Shown here piece by piece: positions 18,109 to 26,242 of a DNA stretch of 64,000 nucleotides. Every line of letters starts with the position of its first letter. Positions within the stretch are counted from its first letter, which is position 1. The notes below the pieces were generated by a model. The model was not told the origin of the DNA and ran no database searches. It saw nothing but the letters and a program-made list of their open reading frames with translations. The position numbers and the translations under genes were made by a program. The stretch spans positions 1 through 64,000 of IMG/VR virus record IMGVR_UViG_3300028384_001275. One strand, 5' to 3'. Origin of the DNA: a virus.

Positions 18109-20820
18109 ATGAAAGCACGGACAGATTATCTCGGTAGAGACGGTTATACATGGTGGGTTGGTGAAGTTGAGTCTGTTTCAGACCCCTCTCAACTGGGACG
18201 TGTCAAGGTGCGTATTCTTGGTTGGTATACAGGTCATAAAGAAAAAGAAGCATATCAGAAGATTATTCCTACTGAGATTCTTCCTTGGGCAAATGTATTG
18301 CTGCCTACTGATAAACCTCAGACTAAAAACACAGGCACTACATCTGAGTTGCAACCTGGTGCATGGGTATTAGGTTTCTTTCTTGATGGTGAAGAAGCAC
18401 AGTTGCCTATCGTTATGGGTGCATTCCGTGGATTTCAGGAGCGGGATCCAGAGAAGAAAACAACGGTTGCAGATGGGACAGAGGCAAGAAAACTAGAAAC
18501 AGTTTCTCCTCAGAAAAAAGATTTAAGTAATCAAGAGAGAAATGATGGTGCATCTTTTAACAAGGTGCAAACTACTACTCCATCAACGCCTGCAGCTGCT
18601 ATAGAAGAGTCTAGAGGTGCTATATCTACTGCTGAGCAAACCTTGCCAGGTAATGCTGTTACCAACCCAATCAAACCTCCTGTCGAGACACATGCTGTTG
18701 CTGATGGTGTTGGTGGTCCTAGTGGTGAAGGATTTTTGACTGATGTTGAGCGTATGCTCACTGAATTGGGCAATATGACTTCATCGATCGCTAAAGGTGG
18801 TGGTGGTTTTACTGCTATTGCAACTGGCAATAAGATTGCTGGTGACCCAATTAGAGAGCATTTGGGTAAGATTGCTAATTTCTTGGCTGGTGGTATCGCT
18901 GGTCTTCTTGCACCGCTTAAAGAATTGCTAGCAAAAATTATTGCTGAAGTTATTAATGAGTTGGTAAAAATTATCAGTAATTTTATACCACTTGGTGTTA
19001 TCAATGCAATTCTCAGTCTAGTCCAAGAGATCTTTGCAATTTTCTGTGCTAAGACTCCAATGTGGCTAGGACTTGTGCAGTCTGCTATTAATGATACAGT
19101 CAACTTTGCCAATAAAATGGCATCACTTGCCATTGATAAAATTGCTGATCTTGTCGATCAAAGTGGTGTCGGTAAAGCAGTAAAAGGTGTCACTGATCGT
19201 ATTTTGAGCGGCATTACTAATGCCATGGAGCGTGTTAAAGGCGTTGCAGGTGATGTATTGTCTGCTATTAATGCAGCGAAGCAGGCAGCAGGTGTTGCAA
19301 GATCAGTCAAAGAGCAAGTTGATATGATCTTTGAGTTTGACTTTACTTCTTTGGATTGGGGATCACTGATTGCTATTATCAAAGCAATCTTGGGTCTTTT
19401 CTTTAAGAAAGATTGTAATAGGAAAATTAAACGACCGAAAGCAAAGGCTTGGTATCCACTAATTGGATCTACAGAATGTAGTAACATTAGTGAGGCAATT
19501 ATTGGCACACCATTTGATACATCACAACAAGCATTTGATGGTGAATCTAAAGGTAGTTTTATTGATCAGTTGTTCCAGGGGTTGAATCCATATCTTATGG
19601 AGGCTCAGACCTTCATGAATGGTGCAAAGATTATTAATGATGCAACTCCTGGCAAGGAAAAGCAGATTAAGTCTGGTCCTGGTGGTGTTTCCACTTTTGA
19701 AGATTCTTTTGGTAATAAGCATACCAATGTCCCAAATAATGAGACAAAGATTATTTCTCGTGATAAGTGTGAAACTATTAAAGGAAATTATGTATTGACA
19801 GTTGAAGGTGACTTCTACCTAAAAGTAATGGGTAATTTCCATGAAGAAGTTACTGGTGCCCACAATGAGCACAATTCTAATGGACCACAGGCAAAATCTG
19901 GTGGATCTGCAAAGAAACCCGATAAAGCATCTGCAGATGATGCAGACAAGAAAAAGTCTAATCTGGACAAGACTGATACTAATGTCACTAAGACTGCTAC
20001 TCAAAGTGACACTTTCAAAAAGAATACTTCTAAGGTTGCAAAGTCTCTTGCTAAGGATGCAAATAAACCTTATGATCTTGCTAGAGAAAGGAGATATACT
20101 TACCTGAAAGCTGATAATGTTGGTGGTTTTTATCCTGTAGATAAAATTCCATATGTAGATGGTGCTGACCATCAGGGTAGGACTCCTACTGGTCCTCAAC
20201 TGTCTGGTAAACTAGAAGATAAAAAGGAGCAGAAGTCTGCAAATCGTATTGAAGGTGATCATGAGATTGCATATACTGGTGAAGTAAAGATTCAAGGATC
20301 TAAGGTTAAACTGACTGGTATTGAAGCAATTCAAATTAATGCTCAAACTGTCAAGACTGAAGCAAATACTATTGAGATGCAGGCAGATGGTGAGATTATT
20401 CAAGAAGCAAACTGGATTACATCATTCCTGAATGCTGGACGATTTGAATTCATCGGTGTCTTTAATCCTTTCTCTGCTATTACTGGTCGCTATAGTTTGG
20501 TTAAGGGCACTATCCTGGATGTGGCAACTGATACGCCTTCTCTAGGTGGATCTCTGACACCTCCTACCTGCACCCGTATTTCTGTAGGCACCACCCAACC
20601 AGCATCGATCAATGACATCACAACAGGTAGCAACGTGGGTATCCATAACACCTTTGTGGCAGCACCTACAGGCACCATCACTGAGTTTGTGCCTAATGGC
20701 ACATTGGTCAATCAGGTGGTGACTGGTATGATCTCAAACGTCGTCGGCACAGGATACGCCGCAACTGGATGCACCTTTGGACCCCATCAGGTCTTTGGCT
20801 TGCCATTGCTCCTAAACTAG
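18109..20820 (+). CDS. gp5: Baseplate central spike gp5
   Basis: G..WWVG.VE..DP..LGRVKVRI.G, LPWA, V.GFFLDG...Q.P..MG OB-fold; C-terminal beta-helix-like repeats; TAAATA at 18082. Confidence 0.85.
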   Translation: MKARTDYLGRDGYTWWVGEVESVSDPSQLGRVKVRILGWYTGHKEKEAYQKIIPTEILPWANVLLPTDKPQTKNTGTTSELQPGAWVLGFFLDGEEAQLPIVMGAFRGFQERDPEKKTTVADGTEARKLETVSPQKKDLSNQERNDGASFNKVQTTTPSTPAAAIEESRGAISTAEQTLPGNAVTNPIKPPVETHAVADGVGGPSGEGFLTDVERMLTELGNMTSSIAKGGGGFTAIATGNKIAGDPIREHLGKIANFLAGGIAGLLAPLKELLAKIIAEVINELVKIISNFIPLGVINAILSLVQEIFAIFCAKTPMWLGLVQSAINDTVNFANKMASLAIDKIADLVDQSGVGKAVKGVTDRILSGITNAMERVKGVAGDVLSAINAAKQAAGVARSVKEQVDMIFEFDFTSLDWGSLIAIIKAILGLFFKKDCNRKIKRPKAKAWYPLIGSTECSNISEAIIGTPFDTSQQAFDGESKGSFIDQLFQGLNPYLMEAQTFMNGAKIINDATPGKEKQIKSGPGGVSTFEDSFGNKHTNVPNNETKIISRDKCETIKGNYVLTVEGDFYLKVMGNFHEEVTGAHNEHNSNGPQAKSGGSAKKPDKASADDADKKKSNLDKTDTNVTKTATQSDTFKKNTSKVAKSLAKDANKPYDLARERRYTYLKADNVGGFYPVDKIPYVDGADHQGRTPTGPQLSGKLEDKKEQKSANRIEGDHEIAYTGEVKIQGSKVKLTGIEAIQINAQTVKTEANTIEMQADGEIIQEANWITSFLNAGRFEFIGVFNPFSAITGRYSLVKGTILDVATDTPSLGGSLTPPTCTRISVGTTQPASINDITTGSNVGIHNTFVAAPTGTITEFVPNGTLVNQVVTGMISNVVGTGYAATGCTFGPHQVFGLPLLLN

Positions 20821-20828
20821 GGTATGAT
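20800..20828 (+). promoter_or_regulatory. Sigma70-type promoter
   Basis: TTGCCA, 17 nt, TATGAT; followed by GGGAGTC/GACTCCC hairpin (20831-20851) directly before the ATG at 20852. Confidence 0.6.
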
Positions 20829-20851
20829 ATGGGAGTCCAAGACAGACTCCC

Positions 20852-21049
20852 ATGATTCCTGACCAAGATTCAGTCCTAGAGCACATCTGGGTCACTATCT
20901 CCGATCGCACCATCAAAATCCTTGATTCTGAAGGATATGACGAGGTGATCAGGTATAAATTTGATATGGAGGGTGCCGAAGGTTTTACTGAAACTATTGC
21001 AGCCTTCAAAGAAAATGTCCCTGAAGATATGGTTACTTACGTCTCATGA
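20852..21049 (+). CDS. Hypothetical protein
   Basis: ORF after promoter, coupled to next gene. Confidence 0.6.
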   Translation: MIPDQDSVLEHIWVTISDRTIKILDSEGYDEVIRYKFDMEGAEGFTETIAAFKENVPEDMVTYVS

Positions 21050-21297
21050 ATTTGATCTCACTATCACAAGATGAGTTTCAGGAAAACTCATCGTTTGTCT
21101 TTTCTCTCCTTGAAAAAGGACATACGGTAAAGATTGTTACGAGTGGTGGCATGACAGTGCTTATGACACCCATGCAACAACTACAAACCCAACAACCTCA
21201 GATAAATATTCCTAACCCAGAAGAGTTTCAACCCGATCCAGTTGCGGTAAGGGAATATGTAAACGAATCTCTGGAGGAAATGACTGAGAATTTCTAA
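21046..21297 (+). CDS. Hypothetical protein
   Basis: ATGA overlap with the previous ORF. Confidence 0.6.
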   Translation: MNLISLSQDEFQENSSFVFSLLEKGHTVKIVTSGGMTVLMTPMQQLQTQQPQINIPNPEEFQPDPVAVREYVNESLEEMTENF

Positions 21298-21298
21298 C

Positions 21299-21583
21299 AT
21301 GAAGAAGATCCGCATTGAATACAGTTATTCTTATCTCGATCTAGATGATAAGAATTCAATGATTGTGCAAATGTGGACTATTCAGGGGTTACCATTCACT
21401 TTTGAGGAATTGCCTGAAGTGATGCAATCAATGGAAGAAGTCAAGCTTGACGCAGAGACAGGCAGACGTTATACTATGGAAGAGCTCCACAGGGTTAGTG
21501 ATTATCTAATTGCTGAAGAGTGTCATCCAGTGTTGTTTGACTTGTCATGGATGGTTGAAAACTATGAAGAAGTGCCTGACTAA
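21299..21583 (+). CDS. Hypothetical protein
   Basis: Acidic ORF with PFTFEE and YL..EECHP..F; tightly packed. Confidence 0.65.
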   Translation: MKKIRIEYSYSYLDLDDKNSMIVQMWTIQGLPFTFEELPEVMQSMEEVKLDAETGRRYTMEELHRVSDYLIAEECHPVLFDLSWMVENYEEVPD

Positions 21584-22191
21584 TGTTTGAGATTGGTAAT
21601 TGGGAAGTTAGTGAGTATGACATCGAAGGTAGCAAGATCTTTGTCATCGATAACTTCTATGCTAATCCTAATGAGGTCTACTCTTTATGTCTAAACCCAC
21701 TTCCAGATTACTGGAAGAAGTCAGATGTCTTGGGTTGGAATTCGGTTAAATACGAAGACCGACGTAAAATTGAATACTATGAAGATCTAGGGATAGTTTA
21801 TGATAAACTATCAAACTTATGTAATCAACCACCCGAAAAACCAAACGTATTCACAACCAACGTAACTAAGTTTATTTGTCCCCAATACAACGACTTTAGT
21901 AAAAAATATTGGTGGCCACATAGAGACATTGGTTACAATGGTATTGTATACTTTGATAACTCTGGCACGAATCTATATGCCAAAGATTCACTTAACCCCT
22001 TATTGCCAGAGTGGGTTTGTCCATGGGTCTCAAAAAGTGAGTGGAATGTTATCCACACTACAGATGCAAGACCAAATAGATGTATACTGTTTGACGGAGC
22101 AATGTTTCCACATGGAATGAATGTTTCAAACCGTAACTACTTTGACAAGTATCGGGTCAATCAAGTATACTTCTTCAAGACGCCACTCTAG
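21583..22191 (+). CDS. 2OG-Fe(II) oxygenase-like protein (DUF6445-like)
   Basis: IDNFY.NP start, PHRD (HxD), GT.LY, NR...FDG...HG, R..QV.F. Confidence 0.65.
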   Translation: MFEIGNWEVSEYDIEGSKIFVIDNFYANPNEVYSLCLNPLPDYWKKSDVLGWNSVKYEDRRKIEYYEDLGIVYDKLSNLCNQPPEKPNVFTTNVTKFICPQYNDFSKKYWWPHRDIGYNGIVYFDNSGTNLYAKDSLNPLLPEWVCPWVSKSEWNVIHTTDARPNRCILFDGAMFPHGMNVSNRNYFDKYRVNQVYFFKTPL

Positions 22192-22255
22192 CTCAGCTGG
22201 ATAGAGCAACGGTTTTGTAAACCGTAGGTCGTCGGTTCAAGTCCGACGAGTGGCT
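22182..22255 (+). tRNA. tRNA-Thr(TGT)
   Basis: GCCACTC/GAGTGGC acceptor; ACGGT-TTTGTAA-ACCGT anticodon arm; GTTCAAGTC T-loop; no encoded CCA. Confidence 0.92.
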
Positions 22256-22258
22256 CTC

Positions 22259-22331
22259 GGGGAATTAGCTCAGTTGGTAGAGCGCCTGCTTTGCAAGCAG
22301 GATGTCAGCGGTTCGAGTCCGCTATTCTCCA
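22259..22331 (+). tRNA. tRNA-Ala(TGC)
   Basis: GGGGAAT/ATTCTCC acceptor with G3:U70; CCTGC-TTTGCAA-GCAGG anticodon arm; GTTCGAGTC. Confidence 0.93.
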
Positions 22332-22386
22332 TTCACACAAATGCTACGGCAACGTGTGATACCAATGCATTATGCTAGTTTTTATT

Positions 22387-23343
22387 ATGCCAATTTATCG
22401 CGAAATACTAAAATCCTCTCCTACTCCTGAGTGGTTTGAGTCACTCCCTCTCCCCGAGGGTGAGACATGGGTGTGTGTGGGTCGTCAAGAGATCGAGCTT
22501 GACAAACTTACATTGACTAATGATAAAGGTCAAATCACTAACATTGCCCGTGCTAAAGGCACTGACAAAGAGCATTCACAAGAGATTGCTGGTGCTATTA
22601 AAAATAGAGGTGTGTTGCTTGATGCCCAACCCCCTTATGTCACCACCAGTAATCGTCTTATCGATGGTTACACTCGAACTGAGGCAATCAGATCCCTTGG
22701 TTTTGAATCTTGGGTTTACAACGTAGTTGAGCCTAAAGAAGGATTCACTGAGCAAGATGTTTGGGATGACATCGGACTTGGTGCCAATGATCATCCCCCT
22801 GCTAAACGAGCAACTCGATCGGACTTTACTATCCGTCTGAAAGCTCACCTTCAAACCTTGGACCCCTCTAAGATTACTGAAGGTTACTGTCTCGATTGGA
22901 TTGAGCGTATTCCACACTCTTTCTCTAAAGCAGTTGTTAACAGCATTGCTAGCAAGTGCGTAAAATCAGTACGTGCAGCTGCGACCATGGAGTCACTGAC
23001 TGGTAAGGATGTTGCCAAAATCTACAAAAACCAGATTGAAGGTGTGATCGTCCCGATCAACATCTCAGGTAACATTGATTACTTCCGTCGTGCTGCGATG
23101 GAGTCGATGAGGCAAATTTCTATAGGTAAAGATCCTGTGGGAATTACTTATGTGAATGATACGGAAGCAGATGAGTTGGAGTCTGTCCGCAACAGTGCGA
23201 ATTCGCAAGTTGACCGTATTAATGCTGAGTTTGAAGCATTGTTTCAACGTCGGTTGAAGGAAGGTGAGAATTTCAAAGTAGTGCGTCTTAATTACCATGC
23301 ACCTCAAGTGTTGGGAGCTGAGACAAGTCTGATCGAAGCATAA
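22387..23343 (+). CDS. Hypothetical protein with a ParB/Srx-like N-terminal motif
   Basis: I...G.....PP......LIDGYTR..A resembles the ParB-N DG.HR motif; alternative ATG at 22372. Confidence 0.55.
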   Translation: MPIYREILKSSPTPEWFESLPLPEGETWVCVGRQEIELDKLTLTNDKGQITNIARAKGTDKEHSQEIAGAIKNRGVLLDAQPPYVTTSNRLIDGYTRTEAIRSLGFESWVYNVVEPKEGFTEQDVWDDIGLGANDHPPAKRATRSDFTIRLKAHLQTLDPSKITEGYCLDWIERIPHSFSKAVVNSIASKCVKSVRAAATMESLTGKDVAKIYKNQIEGVIVPINISGNIDYFRRAAMESMRQISIGKDPVGITYVNDTEADELESVRNSANSQVDRINAEFEALFQRRLKEGENFKVVRLNYHAPQVLGAETSLIEA

Positions 23344-23371
23344 TATATACTGGGACCTTGAGGTCCCACAT

Positions 23372-23443
23372 TCCTCTGTAGCTCAGCGGTAGAGCCATCG
23401 ACTGTTAATCGATTGGTCCCAGGTTCGAATCCTGGCGGGGGAG
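23372..23443 (+). tRNA. tRNA-Asn(GTT)
   Basis: TCCTCTG/CGGGGGA acceptor; ATCGA-CTGTTAA-TCGAT anticodon arm; GTTCGAATC; preceded by TGGGACC-TTGA-GGTCCCA hairpin. Confidence 0.92.
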
Positions 23444-23458
23444 TTAGTCAATTACTTT

Positions 23459-24106
23459 ATGACTATGAAAATTTTTCTGGACACTGCCGACTACAACGCC
23501 ATTGCTGAAAGGTATCCCACTGGATTAGTGGATGGTGTCACAACTAACCCAACACTGGTGCGTAAAGCTGGTGTAAATTATCTTGACTTCATTAAAACAC
23601 TAGCAAATGATTTTGCTTTTGAAAGTATCTCTGCTGAAGTGGATGGTGAGACTCATGATGTGATGCTTGAGAATGCTAATCAGTTTCTTAACATTGATCC
23701 TTCAATCACTATCAAACTACCTCTAACTAAAGAAGGTCTCATCGCCTGTCGTGATCTTTCCGAGAGTGGTATCAAGACTAATGTCACTCTATGTTTCAGT
23801 GCTGCTCAGGCAATTATGGCGGCAAAGGCAGGTGCTACATACATTTCGCCCTTCGTTGGTAGAATGAATGACAATTCTCTCAGTGGTGTCGAGCTTGTCC
23901 GTAGTATTGCTGGACTTTATGCACAACATAGAGTAGAGACTCAGGTCCTTGCAGCATCACTTCGTGACTGTCATCATGTATCACGTTGTTTCCTTTATGG
24001 TGCAGATGTTTGCACTTTGCCTACTAAAGTCTTCGATAAGATGTATAATCATGTCTTGACTGATGCTGGTCTTGCTATCTTCGCTGAGGACTTCAAAGCC
24101 CTGTGA
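23459..24106 (+). CDS. talC: Transaldolase TalC
   Basis: KIFLDTA, GVTTNPTL, IKLP, TNVTLCFS..QA..AAKAGATYISPFVGR, LAAS.R. Confidence 0.95.
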   Translation: MTMKIFLDTADYNAIAERYPTGLVDGVTTNPTLVRKAGVNYLDFIKTLANDFAFESISAEVDGETHDVMLENANQFLNIDPSITIKLPLTKEGLIACRDLSESGIKTNVTLCFSAAQAIMAAKAGATYISPFVGRMNDNSLSGVELVRSIAGLYAQHRVETQVLAASLRDCHHVSRCFLYGADVCTLPTKVFDKMYNHVLTDAGLAIFAEDFKAL

Positions 24107-24564
24107 TGTTTCAATATCTTAAAAACTATTCTGATGTATCACAATTTAAGTGGGATAGTGTTATTGAGAAACTTGATACTGATATTCGCTTAAAGCAGTG
24201 GGGATACGCAGGAGAATATAAAGAAGGATCTCTACCAACTCTTATTGCTGAGAGTTGGTGGACTCCCGATAAGTGGGTAGAGTTGCAAGATAAGGTATAT
24301 GATGATTTTGGTATGAATGCTATGCACTCATACATTTCTTTTACGGCAAGCACTACCACTTTGGGTAGACATTGTGATGGTATGAATGTTTTAATCGTGC
24401 AAGCGATTGGACTTACATCATATATGTTTGATGATGGTAGTTTTATTACACTTCGCCCTGGAGATGCTATCTACATACCAAAAGGGGTGTATCATAATCC
24501 ACATCCACATGGACCAAGAGTGTCTCTTAGTTTTTCGGAGGTGAATAATGAAGGGGATGTATAG
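24103..24564 (+). CDS. Cupin/JmjC-like oxygenase
   Basis: RHCD (HxD), L.PGD.IYIPKG.YH, R.SLSF. Confidence 0.7.
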   Translation: MMFQYLKNYSDVSQFKWDSVIEKLDTDIRLKQWGYAGEYKEGSLPTLIAESWWTPDKWVELQDKVYDDFGMNAMHSYISFTASTTTLGRHCDGMNVLIVQAIGLTSYMFDDGSFITLRPGDAIYIPKGVYHNPHPHGPRVSLSFSEVNNEGDV

Positions 24565-24868
24565 TAGAATATACACCAGTTATGATTTAGGACCAGGGTT
24601 TTGGAATCGTGAATGTCATTTTCAAGATTCTAGTTGTGGTGAATATTGGTTAGATCCATCTGGTAAACTATGGACTATTGATTATACTGGATGTGCAGTC
24701 TTTGGTGATAATGGTAATATTCAAAAGAGTGGATGCAATGGTAAAATATATGTTTCGGGATTGACTCGCGAGATCATTATCATGCCAGCTGAATGGACTG
24801 TTAAATATGCACCATACCCACAAAAGAAAGTATTATTCATCAATGGCATCCTAGAAGGTTATAAATAA
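24548..24868 (+). CDS. Hypothetical protein
   Basis: GAGG RBS; YWLDPSG.LW.IDY motif. Confidence 0.6.
   Translation: MKGMYSRIYTSYDLGPGFWNRECHFQDSSCGEYWLDPSGKLWTIDYTGCAVFGDNGNIQKSGCNGKIYVSGLTREIIIMPAEWTVKYAPYPQKKVLFINGILEGYK
24860..24867 (+). promoter_or_regulatory. T4-type late promoter TATAAATA
   Basis: Perfect consensus upstream of the virion gene block. Confidence 0.75.
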
Positions 24869-24895
24869 AACTGTAGCAAATCGTGTTGAGATTTC

Positions 24896-26236
24896 GTGGC
24901 AACTAAAAGAATTTCCCAGTTAGATACGATCGCAGACGCATTGGTCACTGGTGAAGCAGTCCTGCCTATCGTTATCTCTGACCCTCTGATTCCTAACCGT
25001 AAGGCAAAAGTAAATCAACTTTTCCGTGGTTTGACAGCAGGCAGTCAGACTGCGCCAGGACTAGCTTTTGACCTAGACCGTGACACTGGACTATATCAAA
25101 GTGCAGTAAATGAGATCGGCATTACATTTGGTAGTGCAGCATTTTATAATACTAGAAGATCAAATACTGATGGATCTTCCACTCTGGTGGTTAGAGCAAT
25201 CGATAGTGCATCTTCTACATCTAGTATGGAATTTACTCCTCAGGGTAGTGGATTTTTTACAGTTAATGGTCCTATTATCCAAACGGATGCACAGTTTTTC
25301 CTGCAAGGTGATCAGAATACTGGTAAACGAGCACAGTTTAACGTAGATACAATCTCAGCACAGTCTGGCACTCGTCGTTTTGATATGCCTAATGTGGGCA
25401 CATCGACCAGCACAACACTGCTGGCAACTGACACTTTCCAGACAATTACAAACAAGACAATCATTATTAAGGACGCAGAGCTTTCTATTACTGGATCGAC
25501 TGCTACTGATAAGATTGCTAAATTTGAGTGTGATGCTTGGGAATCTCCTGGACTTCACACTTATAAGTTGCCAGACTTTGGTGCTGCACAAACTCAGTCA
25601 ACACTCCTTGATGATATTACATCACAGAATATCTTTAATAAGAATTTGGTTAACCCCAAATTCTCCAACACGCCTTCTGATGATGAAAATAATCCCACTC
25701 GTTATGTCATCTTCAATCAGCAGGAGCTGACACAAGATCGCACCGTTACTTTCCCCGACCTCAACATCAAGGTGGTTGGTGAAGCATCGGCACAAACTGT
25801 CAGTAATAAAGTTTATCAGGGTGCAGTATTCTGTGATACTGATCCCGCTGATGGTCTTGGAAGAAAGATTTCTTTTGACCTTTCTAATATTGAGGATAAC
25901 CAAAACTATGTGTTTGGTTTCCCTGATAATGATCCTACTGCTCCCCTGAATACTACAGGGACAAACATCCTCGTCTCAGAGAATAAAACACAGACTCTGA
26001 AGAATAAGACGATGGAATTGATGAAGATAAATAACCCAGATGATTTGAATGGTATCATTACTATTGATGCATCAAACATCACTGGATCTGTCAACATCCG
26101 ATTCCCAGACGCCGATGCAACGTTGCTATCTACTAATAACATTAGTGATGTAGCAATTACATTTGGTGGTGCTCTATCTGCCCCTGTTTTGGGTGGACGT
26201 ATTCGACTTCAACAACATTTCCTTACAGGTTGGTAA
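24896..26236 (+). CDS. Virion structural protein (tail-fibre associated)
   Basis: MAT.RISQL start, PGL.F..D.DTGLY, repeated Q.(L/I).NK / R....FPD units; late promoter. Confidence 0.7.
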   Translation: MATKRISQLDTIADALVTGEAVLPIVISDPLIPNRKAKVNQLFRGLTAGSQTAPGLAFDLDRDTGLYQSAVNEIGITFGSAAFYNTRRSNTDGSSTLVVRAIDSASSTSSMEFTPQGSGFFTVNGPIIQTDAQFFLQGDQNTGKRAQFNVDTISAQSGTRRFDMPNVGTSTSTTLLATDTFQTITNKTIIIKDAELSITGSTATDKIAKFECDAWESPGLHTYKLPDFGAAQTQSTLLDDITSQNIFNKNLVNPKFSNTPSDDENNPTRYVIFNQQELTQDRTVTFPDLNIKVVGEASAQTVSNKVYQGAVFCDTDPADGLGRKISFDLSNIEDNQNYVFGFPDNDPTAPLNTTGTNILVSENKTQTLKNKTMELMKINNPDDLNGIITIDASNITGSVNIRFPDADATLLSTNNISDVAITFGGALSAPVLGGRIRLQQHFLTGW

Positions 26237-26242
26237 ACACAC

